The translations under genes and the position numbers were made by a program. The notes under the pieces were generated by a model. It was not told where the DNA came from, searched no databases, and saw nothing but the letters and a program-made list of their open reading frames with translations. This document shows, in pieces, positions 12,273 to 24,609 of a DNA stretch of 64,000 nt. The stretch is from Raja brachyura (Eukaryota), in NCBI GenBank assembly GCA_963514005.1, contig OY740798.1, positions 39,060,001-39,124,000 on the forward strand, written 5' to 3'. Numbering within the stretch: position 1 is the first letter of the stretch; every line of letters starts with the position of its first letter.

Positions 12273-12408
12273 CATAGAAACATGGAAAACAGGTGCAGGA
12301 GTAGGCCATTTGGCCATTCAATATGATCATGGCTGAACGTCCAAAAATCAGTACTCTATATCCCTTGATTCCCTTAGCTCTGTCTAAATCTAACTCTCTC
12401 TTGAAAAC
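12273..12408 (-). mobile_element. Short CR1 3' tail fragment
   Basis: catagaaacatggaaaacaggtgcaggagtaggcc... matches the other CR1 tails in the window. Confidence 0.85.
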
Positions 12409-12839
12409 CTGGAGGAGTGTGTTAAACCAGGGTTTCACCAAACTGTTGCCGCTAAGCCCTGCGCACGCTGAACAATCACATTACCCTCTGTAGTTTTCCC
12501 CATTAGTTACCTTTCATTTTCAGCTCCCCGTAATTTCACATCACCATATTTCATACCGTTGAAATTTCAACTTTGTTTCTCAAAACGTTCTTGTCCTTGA
12601 GAAGAAGCTTTGGCTGATTCATGATTAGTGCAATGAAGACAGCGTCCCAATTAGTCTAAACCCAATACTCCACGGGGTATCCTTTCTTAGTCCAGATCAA
12701 CACATCTACAGGGTTAAGAGATAAGATTAAGTTTTAATCAGCCTTGCCAGGAATTGTAAAGTGACAATAATTAAAAGGGACGTTAATGGGCTTATAAAAT
12801 AAAATGATGTTACCAGAAAAAGTCTGTGGATCCAAATGT

Positions 12840-13012
12840 AATAGAAATGAACTGCAGGTGCTGGTTTATACCAAAGATAGATACAACATGCTGGAGTAAC
12901 TTAGCAGATCATGCAGCATCTCTGGAGAAAAAGGATCGGTGACGTTTTGTGTCCCATGTTCTGCAGAAATGCTGCCGGACCTGCTGAGTTACTCCAGCAA
13001 TTTGTGTCTAGC
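12840..13012. mobile_element. Hairpin element made of two inverted Penelope termini, centre deleted
   Basis: Arms gctggagtaacttagcag... and ...ctgctgagttactccagc. Degenerate flanking duplication tctgtggatccaaatgt / tctgggtccaatgt. Confidence 0.75.
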
Positions 13013-13357
13013 TCTGGGTCCAATGTTTGGTGCGCTTTGTAGACCCCAACACATGGCGGATATGTAGCAAAATGTTGTTTAGTTCAGTAAACTCCACAGT
13101 GTCCAAGTGTAAAGTGAGGATGACTGACTACATGCATTAAACTTCATCAGTGTTATATATTAATCAGTATTTAATGTTGCTGCATTTGGGAAGCAGGATT
13201 AGATACTGATTATGATAATGCACCAGGATGCATGCTGATATTTTTTTGTTTAGTGATAAGGTATAAATTGTTAAATTGATGAATCGTTTTCTGTAGAATC
13301 GGAATCCTAAACGGAATAATTAGTGAATTAATTTTAGATGCCTCATTTATCACACAG

Positions 13358-13444
13358 GTACAAGAAGAACATAAAAGCTCTCTACATTGTGCACCCCACC
13401 AAGTTCATTAAGGCAATCCTCGTCCTCTTCAAACCCATAATCAG
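13358..13444 (+). CDS. ARHGAP1: ARHGAP1 exon ([29 protein letters not shown])
   Basis: acag|G...AG|gtaaag, 87 nt, in frame. Confidence 0.95.
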
Positions 13445-14004
13445 GTAAAGGATACGATGGAAAATACAATGACTAATTCATTCTTTGCTCCTTGCCAAAT
13501 GGACCTTGTCGTCATGGTTGAGCATCCAAGCCATCATGAGGTCAGTACATTTAGGAAGGTGAAAACCTGCGTTCCTCATGCAGAAAGGTAAATGTCTTGG
13601 ATTGGACGGCTGCGATCAACCACCTTATTTCTTTCATGGCTGCAGATCCTCCCAGCAAACACAGATAGACATGCTCGTCCTGCCATCCACGCCATTCATG
13701 ATCCCTTTTACTCACCATCTCCCAAATTCATCATTTCCCTATTCAAGCACTGTTTGTGTGTTGTCGGCTCCTTGGGCGGAACCTCCCTCTCTCTTGTGCA
13801 CATTCTCTTAGTCACACACACATTCTCTCATTTTCATCTTTACATCTTTATAGATTGGCATCTCCCACATGCTTGTGTGTGTACTGATACATGAGTGCAC
13901 ATTGGTAGACATTGCACAGTTAAGCAATCTGTCTGTAGGTTCATATGTATGTGTGCTCACATTTCTCAATGGTACATGTAATCCAGACCCATAAGAACAC
14001 AAGA

Positions 14005-14365
14005 AACTAAGAACAAGAAGCAGAAGCAGGCCCCTCAGCTCCTCAATTCTATGTCATTGTGGTTGATCTATGCCGACCTCAACTCTTCTTGTGCGCCGGT
14101 TCCACATAAAACATAATTTCTCCATCTTTCAAATATTTTCAATCTCCACTTTCAATATATTGAATGATCCGACCTCCACCACCCCACAGAGAATTCTGAG
14201 AGGGGCCGTTTCCACGCACCTCAGTTTTAAGTGACAGCCTTACTTAATTTGTCGCTATCTTCCTGACTCTCCCAATAGCAGAAACATCTTAACATCTACC
14301 CTGTCAAGCTCATTAGTATCGTGTTTGTTTGTATAAGGTCACCAATCATCTTTCTAAACTCTAAG
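14005..14365 (-). mobile_element. Old CR1 3' fragment
   Basis: Degenerate similarity to the other CR1 3' ends (catctaccctgtcaagc...ctttctaaactc). Confidence 0.65.
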
Positions 14366-14646
14366 GAATTAAAAAACAAATCGTCTTTTCTCTGTAGACT
14401 GCATTCAAGAAAGGCCAAGCTTGTATTTCCTGAACAGCATTATAGGGAGCTAACTTACATGGGGCATTTAGGCTTTTAGACAGTTTTAACTCTGTTTTTC
14501 CCTTTGTCTTCATTGAATAAGTGTGTCAGAGCTTGGAATGAAATAATGAACTCATGAGTGGAAAGATTTGGCAAACATTGCAGCTGTCTCACATGTGCTT
14601 TTTCTGTTTCCATTTTAATTTTTCTCCAATTCCCCTCCTGTTACAG

Positions 14647-14745
14647 CATGAAGTTTGGCAGGAAGGTCTTGTACATGAATCATTTGGGCGAACTTGAACA
14701 GTTCCTGAAATGTGAACGAATGGTGATCCCACCGTGTGTGAAGAA
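14647..14745 (+). CDS. ARHGAP1: ARHGAP1 exon (MKFGRKVLYMNHLGELEQFLKCERMVIPPCVKK)
   Basis: ttacag|C...AA|gtaagt, 99 nt. Confidence 0.95.
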
Positions 14746-15169
14746 GTAAGTTCATGTAAATCATACAGCCGATGTGAATATTCTGTTATTTATTTCCATG
14801 CCACTTAAGCTGGTCCAGGGTCATTTTGGCAGAGTTATTGGGATCATATTGTCATTCAACAGAGAGCCTAGTTTCTTTGGCATTGAGTACGGGTCAGTTA
14901 GTACATGTGTCGGAGGTTACTGAGTCTCTGAGGAAGTAGAGGCATTGGTTTGTAACCTTGGCTGCTGACTGATGGAAGGATGACCTTCGAGAAAGCAAGA
15001 GTTGGAGATAGATGTGTCCCATTCTTGTTGTAGGCCTTTTGCCTTGTTTCCTTACTCCATGCTGAATTACACCACATGGCTGCGATTTGTGGTTATATAC
15101 CTTGTAGTTATTTTTCCTTTTCCGTTTGGTCTCCCATATTTTGAAACTCGCCCCTTTTTTCTAACCGGA

Positions 15170-15660
15170 ACAGGTGTGGCATAGGTTCACGAGGTTAATT
15201 CCCGGGATAGCTGGACTGTCATATGTTGAAACAATGGAGCGAATGGGCTTGTATACACTGAAATTTAGAAGGATGAGGGGGGATCTTATTGAAACATACA
15301 AGATTATTAAGGGATTGGACATGCTAGAGGCAGGAAACATGTTCCCGATGCTGGGGGAGTGCAGAACCAGGGGCTACAGTTTAAGAATAAGGGGTAAGCC
15401 ATTTAGAACGGAGATGAGGAAAATCTTTTTCGCCCAGAGAGTTGTGAATTTGTGGGATTCTCTGCCTCAGAATGCAATGGAGGCCGATTCTCTGGATGCT
15501 TTCAAGAGAGAGTTAGATAGTGCTCTTAAGATAGCGGAGTCAATGGATATGGGGAGAAGGCAGGAATGGGGTACTGATTGTGGATGATCAGCCATGATCA
15601 CAGTGAATGGTAGTGCTAGCTTGAAGGGCCGAATGGCCTACTCCTGCACCTGTTGTCTGT
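15170..15660 (+). mobile_element. CR1 LINE 3' fragment (sense to ARHGAP1)
   Basis: ORF 15174-15587 (RFTRLIPG...RMRGDLIETYKII...QRVVNLW) plus the 3' UTR. Confidence 0.92.
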
Positions 15661-15833
15661 TGATCAGTCATCCTGTTTGGATAAATGTCAAAAAACATCC
15701 GAGGCCTTGAAGTGATGTGGAAAATACTGAGAGCGCATATTTGTCTTATTATTCGTACTGAGTTCATTACTGCGTAGCTCCATTTGATAACCATATTGTT
15801 CTTACCCACTTCTATTCTGATTCTTTACTTTAG

Positions 15834-15926
15834 ATATGATGACACTATCAGTGCATCTCAGAAGTGTGTTCCACCAGTGCAAATTAAGCAGCTGCCTCAC
15901 CAACAGTTCGGTATTGGTCTTCTAGC
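15834..15926 (+). CDS. ARHGAP1: ARHGAP1 linker exon (YDDTISASQKCVPPVQIKQLPHQQFGIGLLA)
   Basis: tttag|A...GC|gtaagt, 93 nt. The LP.QQFG motif starts the RhoGAP domain. Confidence 0.92.
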
Positions 15927-16363
15927 GTAAGTATTTACTGTAGACTTTTCTTTTGTTATTTGTTACCTGATAGTAATGACGTTTTGTCCAATGCAATGTA
16001 CATTTCCTTATGGCAATTACTGAGTGATTTTTGAGTTTTAGTTCCATCGGCCACTGCGTATCTCATTTTGGCTTCCATTTTTGGTGGTTAGTTCACTGCA
16101 TTAGCAAGACCAATCCTGTTTTTATTTGATGCCGAAGATTCAGGCAGTGTCTGCAACTGCAACTGACTGGAGATGAGATTTTGATTCCTCTTTCCCCGTC
16201 GTCGTGCATTTTGGTATTTACTCACAATTGGGGAGGACTTGTGCAAGGTAGCTGCATCTGTGTGCTGTGGATTTCCTGGACATTTGGTCAGTCTTCTCTG
16301 GGCAAGCTAGAGTGTTTCAGCTTGAGTACCTGCTAATTCAGTCGCATTTTCCTTGTAGATTTA

Positions 16364-17716
16364 CAGTGCATTCACAAAGTATACAGACCCCTTCACCATT
16401 TCCACATTTTGTTATGTTACAGCCTTATTCTAAAATGGATTAGATTTTTTTTTCTATCATCAATCCACACACAATACCTCGTATTATAAAAGCGAAAACA
16501 GGCGTTTAGAATTTTTTGCAAAGTAGTTAAAAATAAATAACTGAAACATCACATTTACATAAGTATTCAGAACGTTTGCTGTGACACTCAAAATTGAGCT
16601 TCGGTGCATCCTGTTTCCATTGATTATCCTTGAGATGTTTCTACAACTTTATTGGAGTCCACAAGTGGTAAATTAAATTGATTGTAATGATTTGGAAAGG
16701 CACACACCTGTCTATATATGGTCCTGCAGTTGACAGTGCAGGACCATATCTCAGGGAGGTGACCAAGAACCCGATGGTCACTCTGACAGAGCTCCAGAGT
16801 TCCTCTCTGGAGATGGGAGAAACTTCCAGAAGGACAACTATACCAGCAACACTCCACCAATCAGGCCTTTATGGTAGGGTGGCCAGACGCAAGCCACTCC
16901 TCAGTAAAAGGCACATGACAGCCCACTTGGAGTTTGCCAAAGGGCACCTCAACAAGATTCTCCGGTCTGATGAAACCAAGATTGAACTCTTTGGCCTGAA
17001 TGCCGAGCGTCACGTCTGGAGGAAACCAAGCACCGCTCATCACCTGGCCAATACCATACCAACGGTGAAGCATGGTGGTGGCAGCATCATGCTGTGGGCA
17101 TGTTTTTCAGTGGCAGGAATTTGGAGACTAGTCTGGATCGAGGGAAAGATGAACGGAGCAAAGTACAGAGAGATCCTTGATGAAAACCTGCTTTAGAGCG
17201 TTCAGGACTTCAGACCACTGAGGCAGAGGTTCACTTTCCAACAGGATAACGACCCTAAGCACACTGCCAAGACAACGCAGGAGTGGCTTCGTGACAAGTC
17301 TGTGAATGTCCTTGAGTGGCCCGGACTTGAACCCATTCGAATATCTCTGAAGGAACCTGAAAATAGCTGTGCATCGATGCTCCCCATCGAACCTGACACG
17401 GAGCTTGAGAGGATCTGCAGAGAAGAATGGGAGAAATTACCCAAAGAAGACTTGAGGCTGTAATCGCTGCCAAAGGTGCCTCAACAAAGTACTGAGTAAA
17501 GGGTCTGAATACTTATGTAAATGTGATATTTCAGTTATTTATTTTTAATTACTTTGCAAAATTTTCTAAACACCTGTTTTCGCTTTTTTATTATGGAGTA
17601 TTGTGTATAGATTGATGATTTAAAAAAAAAAAGAATTTAATCCATTTTAGAATAAGGCTGTAACGTAACAAAATGTGGGAAAAGTGAAGGGGTCTGAATA
17701 CTTTCTGAATGTACTG
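16364..17716 (+). mobile_element. Tc1-family (IR/DR, Sleeping Beauty-like) transposon, internally deleted, transposase disrupted
   Basis: TA|CAGTGC...GTACTG|TA with ~215-bp TIRs and inner direct repeats (~16555-16577, ~17498-17521). Transposase motifs [38 protein letters not shown]. Confidence 0.95.
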
Positions 17717-17761
17717 TATATATCCAATATTTAGTTACTGTTCTTGACTTTTTTTATTCAG

Positions 17762-17838
17762 GCTCCGAAAAAAAGACCCTGGAAACAGGACCATCCCACA
17801 AGTATTGGAGGAGACAGTCGATTACATCAAGCAGCACG
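17762..17838 (+). CDS. ARHGAP1: ARHGAP1 exon (LRKKDPGNRTIPQVLEETVDYIKQHG)
   Basis: ttcag|G...G|gtaagt, 77 nt, phase compatible. Confidence 0.93.
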
Positions 17839-18187
17839 GTAAGTGAACTGTGCGGAAGTCCAGAGGGAATCAACCATGGACTTAACCCCAAAATCCTTTC
17901 TTTTCTTCATCTCTAGTAAATGTTTGATTCCTTAATAGGATGCAGTGCCTCGACCCCGGAGGCCTCAGGGAAGGCACACAAATATTATAGATAACTTTAA
18001 TTTTTCTCCAACAATTTCCCAATAAAGTAAATGGAATTCTAATAAACATCAATGGAATTCCGATAAACAACTCCTGGACACATTTTATCGTATAACACTG
18101 TAAAGAGTATTGTTGCCTGGTGGAAAGTCAGACCAGGAAGTGATTGTATTGTTTGCATGTGATGACATTTTATTTGCCTATCCTCAG

Positions 18188-18265
18188 GTCTAAACAAAGA
18201 AGGGATATTCCGTAGGTCGGCTAATGTGTGCTTTGTGAGGGAAGTGCTGGATAAGTACAATAATG
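18188..18265 (+). CDS. ARHGAP1: ARHGAP1 arginine-finger exon (GLNKEGIFRRSANVCFVREVLDKYNNG)
   Basis: ctcag|GT...G|gtgagt, 78 nt, EGIFRRS catalytic motif. Confidence 0.96.
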
Positions 18266-18324
18266 GTGAGTGAGTCTCCCTGTAAATCATTTGTTAATTA
18301 CGGGGCTTAACTCTGGTTTACATG

Positions 18325-18680
18325 TGTATATCCGCCCACCCCCCCCCCAACAGCTGTGTCTCCACCTTCACCCTTCCCTCCTCCCTGCCTGGGCTCGCCA
18401 ACCTTGTTTGTCTGCCTCTATCTGTCATCCACCTGCCTTCATCTCCCCGCCAACCCTCCCCCTCCTCTGCCTGACTCCACCTTCCTATAACCCTTCACCT
18501 CCATGGTGCACCAATTAGCCACTGGCCCTGTTTCATCACTTCCCCTCTCTTTAAACTGGCTATTTCCCCCACCTCCCCTTCCACTCCTATCCTCATACAG
18601 TTTCAATCCACAGGACTAACATCTTTGCTCCCGCAAATGCTGCTCGACCTGCTGTTCCTCCAGAAAATTGTTTGTTTGTT
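18325..18680 (+). mobile_element. Degraded Penelope-like 3' end
   Basis: A pyrimidine-rich tract is followed by the terminus gctgctcgacctgctg...ttcctccag, which is the reverse complement of the PLE end at ~62240-62660. Confidence 0.6.
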
Positions 18681-18793
18681 CTGCTTTCAAAGTATCTCTT
18701 CGCATGAAAGGGTGTCAATCTTTTTATTCCCACTTGCCTTTCCCTCATCTGTTTGAATGTCACTTGGAATGTCCTTTTTTTCCCCTTAGGAGT

Positions 18794-19435
18794 CATAGAA
18801 ACATAGAAAACAGGTGCAGGAGTAGGCCATTCGGCCCTTTTTTGCCAGCACCGCCATTCAATATGATCATGGCTGATCATCCCGAATCGATACCCTGTTC
18901 CTGTTTACTCCCCATATCCCTTGATTCCGTTAGCCCTAAGAGCTAAATCAAACTCTCTTGAATATATCCAGTGAATTTGCCTCCACTGCCTTCTGTGGCA
19001 GAGAATCCACAGATTCACAACTCTCTGGGTGAAAAAGTGTTTCCTCAGCTCAGTCATAAATGGCCTGCCCCTTATTCTTAAACTGTGACTCCTGGTTCTG
19101 GACTCCCCCAACAAGGGGAACATTTTTCCTGGATCTAGCCTGTACAACCCTTTAAAGAATTTAATATGTTTCTATAAGATCCCATCTCATCCTTCTAAAT
19201 TCCAGTCAATCCAAGCCCAGCCAACCCATTCTTTCCTCATATGTCAGTCCCTCGATCCTGGGAATTAACCTGGTGAACCTACACTGCACTCCCTCAATAG
19301 CAAGAATGTCCTTCCTCAAATTAGGAGACCAAAACTGCACACAATGCTCCAGGTGAGGTCTCACCAGGGCCCTGTACAACTGCAGTAAGACCTTGCTCCT
19401 AAACTCGAATCTTCCTGCCTGCTGTACCTCCATGC
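18794..19435 (-). mobile_element. CR1 LINE 3' fragment
   Basis: ORFs 18905-19147 and 19206-19433 (VRPHLEHCVQFWSP) plus the CR1 tail at ~18794. Confidence 0.92.
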
Positions 19436-19521
19436 ACTTATCTCAGTCACTTAGAACTCAAAATGCATTCTCGCTGGTGGAATCAATGCTAAAAGTGGTG
19501 ATTATTGAGCTAAATGTGTTA

Positions 19522-19993
19522 AGGGCCTGTTCCACTTGCATACGATTGCGTGCGTTTGGCGCGACCAACCGGAAGCAGAGGTTGAGCTAAATTTGTGCGT
19601 GACGTCATTTACGTCATGCTTACAAATCAGCTGGGCAGGAGGCGGACCGACTGAATTTGGGCGTTGTACGGCGTTGGGCGGTGACATCATCACGCAACGC
19701 CACGCGCTAGGCATATGCCATCAAGACGCTGCGTACGACGTCAAGACGCTGCTTACGACCGCAATGCGCCTGCGTGCGTACGCATGCCGATGGGCTGTTG
19801 GTGAGCGAAGATCTCGGCCACTGCAGGAATTTCAGAGCCCCGCGCGATGCCGGGACCAGCCCCGCACAACTCCATACCCCTCCGCGCTTCTAAGTGGGAC
19901 TGGCCCCACTCGGCCAAACGGTGCCTGTACGCCTCAAGCAACCACGAGGTCACGTAATTTGCAAGCCAAGGTCGCGTAAGTGGGACAGGCCCT
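19522..19993. mobile_element. PIF/Harbinger-type MITE
   Basis: TIR AGGGCCTGT(T/C)CCACTT at both ends, TTA TSD (19519-19521, 19994-19996), CpG-rich non-coding interior. Confidence 0.88.
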
Positions 19994-21357
19994 TTACCGA
20001 TAACGCTACTGTGCCAGAATCCTGGTTGAGAGCACAGCTCTCCCCTGATGCTCCTGCAGCAATGAAACAGTTAAAGTGACCTCGTTGCCACAGGGATCGC
20101 TGTGGTGTGAGCCACTGACATAACGTGCAAAGGCTGTCTGTGAGGGCTAGTGTTGGGTGGGCTAGAGCGAGCAGTGTGGCTGTTCAGTGCTGAGATGTGG
20201 AACTGGGTGAGTTTGGGCCTTTGCTGACAGGCAGCACCTGATCTGTGTGTGTGCAGACCATCCGGGTCCCACAATCCCTCTCATCACAACGCGTTGGATG
20301 TGATGGCAGCTGCCATCTCTCTCTGTTTGCTTGCACACCCCAACAGCTGTGATTTCTCCGAGCTTAGAGATTTCTCTCTGGTAACAAACTCAACAGTGGC
20401 TGCTGACTGTTGACCTTGAACCTTTGAGAATTCCCCACCAAATAGAATAGAAGAAAGTACATAGCTGTCTATGTAGCTCTGAGTGAATTATCAATGTATT
20501 CACCGGGATAAAATCAGTGTTAAATGTTTGGAGGGAGCCACATGTTTAAAATGGATTCAGAAGAATATTTAGTATATACCAATAGGCAGTTCTGGACTAT
20601 GGAGTGAATAGTGGAGAGCTGTAATCAGTTATATGTTGTCTAGTTAAAGAAAAGATCAGTGTTGGACCAGGAGTAAAACTTCTAAGTGAGGAGATGTGGA
20701 CTTTACTAAACAAAGTGTCCTTTAGCAAGAAGTGGCTGGAGTGAGGGATTTGAAGTAATTTTGTCATCAGCGGGAGATAGTGATGGAAGTGATGATAAAT
20801 GTTCACGCCATACACATTCCCACAAAGCAAAACAGTGGGATTTCCTCCATGTGTCAAGAGGGATGTTGGGATGGATAGGTCAGAAAGTTGCATATGTTCA
20901 TTAGCAGAAGCTCAGCAATGCAGAAATGGACGAAGAAGAAGAAGAAAGGTGTGAGAAAACAAAAACAAGGAAGACAAACAGAACCTGGAGGGTAAAATCA
21001 AACAAAACCAAAAGATGTTTTCATAAATCCAAAACGCACAAAACTTAAGTAAGGAGAGAATAGGCCTACGAGAGACTAAAGCATTTGACATACTTTCCTT
21101 TATTGACTGGCAAAGAATGTAAAGATGTAATTATGCTGGAATTATTTATGAAAATATTTGTTGGGGTAGCTCGAGTTATCAAATAATAATAAGGAAATTG
21201 TGCTGGAGAGATGCAGAGGTGATTCATCAGGGTGAATGAAGAATATCCTTAAAAAGAAAATATTCCCTTGGACAGAAGGGTCATTTTAATTGGTGTAAAA
21301 CATGAAGCTGTTCAGGTCAGTAACCAGGAGAGAAAGAGGACACGTTTTTGAGCCCTG

Positions 21358-21720
21358 GAGTCATACAGCATGGAAACAGGCCCTTCAGCACAGCTCAGTC
21401 ACAATGACTACAATGTCCCATTGAAGCTAGTCCCTGTCCCCCCCCCCCCCAAAGCATCCTGTGCTCAAAGTTATAAAGACCTACCCCGTCCAACCACTCC
21501 CTATAGCTCAAGCCCTGCAGGCCCGGCAATGACCGTAAATCTTCTTTGCAGCTTAATGGTATCCTTCCAATAGCAGTGTCACCAAAACTAAACCCCAAGT
21601 GTGGTCTCGCCAACATTTTGCACAACTGTAACAATGTCCGACTTCCATAATCAATTTCCTGGCTGTAAGTCAGCATGACAGAACCCTTCTTGTCCACCGG
21701 GGATGTCACTTTCAGGAAAC
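21358..21720 (-). mobile_element. CR1 fragment (second subfamily tail)
   Basis: gagtcatacagcatggaaacaggccc tail and an LQLCKMLARPHL remnant. Confidence 0.75.
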
Positions 21721-23504
21721 AATGTAATATATTTCTAATTGTTTTGAGGTAATTTAGGGGATGAATCGAAAGGAGGTGCTTTTTTTTCATCCAAAGAATG
21801 ACATGGAAAGGGGGTCTGATTTGGAATTTGTTGCCTAAGAATGGTTCTTTGATATTTGGATATGCCCGTTACATGTGTAATCAGTGAGGTTATGAATTTG
21901 GGGCAGATTGTTTTGTCTTGAAAAGTTGAAAACCCCGAGATGCTGGAAATCTGAAAGAAAAGCAAAATGCTGAAAGTACACAGCAAGGTAGGCTACATCT
22001 GGAAGAGCAAAAGAGTTATCATTTGTGATCATAGGCCCGTCATTAGACTATGGAGTGGATTTATGAACTTCTATTTCAGTGAAATAGCCAACGCACCGCT
22101 GGAATCTGTGCAGTGCCTCAGTACGTTAGCAGAAATATATATTATGACCGGTTTCTTTTACGAGAAGACATGGTGTGACTGGACAAATAACTCAGTCCTT
22201 GAACACGGTAGATTATTTATTGGAAATTCTTCCGAAACGAGAGGGGCATTGATCCCGCCATATTGTGATAGAGGCAGTAGTGTGAAGTGAATTCACATTA
22301 TGAACCTGCTAGTGTTAGTTGGTCTCTTGGTTGGAGAAGACAAAAACACTGAAATAGATTTCCTATCGGTTTCAACATTGGAAGCAATATTTTCCGTAGG
22401 TATCTGATTTTGAGTTTAATAACAAACCATACATGAGGAATTGAAAGAGGAGATTTATTTGTATATATGCTGTGCTATGTTGGAGTGTTCAGTGTAAACA
22501 AACCTCATTCAAAAGGATGTGCATTGCTCAGAACCGAGACTAATAGCACTTAATGGATTAGCTCAGATGTTATCTCCGTGTGAAGTGGACACATGCTGTT
22601 AATTATAACATGCTGTTGCTTTGTTTCTTGTCAAACAAACATAGTTTTATTATCAAAAGTAGGAGAATAAATCATACTTTCATCTGTGCTTTGATTTTGC
22701 AAAGTGTGAAGCTACCTATTTTTTTTAATGCTTGATGCCAAAATTGTAGGAGTAACTTTCTCACGTGTATTACTTGCATGCTGAGCTCTTTAGCCGCAGC
22801 AAGCAGGCAGAAGCTGCCGGTGGCTTGTATAATCATCAAGCTCATATGTTTAATCTTCTCATGCTACGAGGAATAGTTTGCACCCTTCAAAGTGGCATCT
22901 GGTATTATCGCATTATAAAATTCCAAATATCCAAACAAGCACCGTCTTGCATTGTTACTTCTTGCAGTAATGCCTCAACAGCCTATTACACAGAAATTTT
23001 AACTCGGAAACAATTCATTTGGATTTGCTTTTTTTCCCCCCCTCCACTTCACCACTTCAGCAGTAGTTCTGATCCCATGTGCCGCATCCCTTTATTTATC
23101 TATTTTATCTTCAATCATCCACTTGTGTTGTGTGATGCACATGTTGCCAGTACTTTTGTGTTTATTAGTGCAATAAACTATTTTGTACTATTAACTCTTC
23201 GCAACCAGTCAGTGTCAACGCCTTTGTACTTGCTATTTGTTTTATGCAGCTATTCATGAACTTGCACTTACCCTCGAGTCATTGCGAATCAAATCCTACG
23301 AAGGATTGCAAGCATGATATTCAGCGTGAGAAGATAATAAAGGAACTAGTAATTCTACCAGCATAAGGTTTATGAATAGCTGTGCTCCATTTCTGTGTCT
23401 TGAAAAGCGACAGAGGAACTAATGCTGCATGTAGTGTAGTCCACACTCCACACCTGGAGAGGCTCTGAGTGAAAGTGCAGTCATTTCAGGCTGATACACA
23501 GGAC

Positions 23505-23790
23505 ACAGAAGCACGAGGAAGCCTCTCGGCTCCTTAAGACTGTCCCGCCATTCAATATCATCATGGCTGATCTCAACTCCTCTTCTGTGTCAGTTCCTCG
23601 ATCTTTCTAACCTTTGTCTGTCTCCATCCTAAATATATCCAATGATCTACCCTCCATCATCCACAGAGGAAGAGAATTCCAGATATTCACTGCCCCCTGA
23701 GAGAAGACATTTTGACGCACCTCCATTCTAAATGGCTGATCCCTTATTTTGTAGTTATGTCACCCAGGTCATGACTCTCACTAATAGAAG
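23505..23790 (-). mobile_element. Old CR1 3' fragment
   Basis: ccgccattcaatatcatcatggctgatc...agagaattccagatattcac matches the CR1 3' region. Confidence 0.7.
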
Positions 23791-24480
23791 TTGGGTGTCG
23801 GTGAATAGACACTTGCTCCAGGCGATAAGAATTGCTGAGTAAAGTATAGCTGTGGTTTAGGATGGAGATCTGTGCTGTGGACTTTGGAGATGAGGTTAGA
23901 GGGTGAGATGTGAACTTCCTCATGACTATAGTTTGCTGACTATTCGGATTGCCTGTTGCTGACTGGTCTAGGTTTTAATTCCTTTTTAAAGGGAAAACGT
24001 TTACCCTGCATGTGAGTTCCATTGTAAGCATTTTGAAGAAGTCCAAATTGTGCCAAAGAGTGAGATGGATGATTCCATGTGAAATGATGAGTGGCAAACC
24101 GACAATGTATATGTGCTCCAGCTTTCTATTGTAGTGTGTACATGATGACGACAGAAGCTGGAAGGAAGTTGTGACCAGACAGTAGTGACCACCATGTAAT
24201 TCCCATACAAAACAACTGGTCAAAGCAAGCATGTTACCCCAGTTCCTGCTAGATTTTGAAAAGGTGTTCTATGATACTTAATTTTCTTTAATATATCATG
24301 TCACTGAATCATGAAGTTCTTATTGAGAGCTACTTAATTACCAAATGCAATGTGAATTGTAATTGATGAGGAGGGAGGGGTCACTTTCCTCGCGTGTGTT
24401 GGCTTGAGTTGATCATTTGCTCGTTTATTGCTGGCTGTGTCTCTGTACAAATACTTGCCTAAACTGTGACCTCCTTGCAG

Positions 24481-24609
24481 GTATTCCTGTGGATTATGCT
24501 GTCTATGGTGATGTGCACTTGGCAGCAGTTATGCTGAAGACTTTTCTTCGTGAATTACCTGAACCTCTGCTGACCTATGAGCTGTATGACCAAGTGGTTT
24601 CATTTGGGG
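24481..24609 (+). CDS. ARHGAP1: ARHGAP1 exon ([43 protein letters not shown])
   Basis: ttgcag|GT...G|gtaagt, 129 nt, [14 protein letters not shown] RhoGAP motif. Confidence 0.96.

Noticed and set aside
12428-12830. CAGGGTTTCACCAAACT resembling a hAT/Charlie left end
   Set aside because: I found no matching right TIR or 8-bp TSD.
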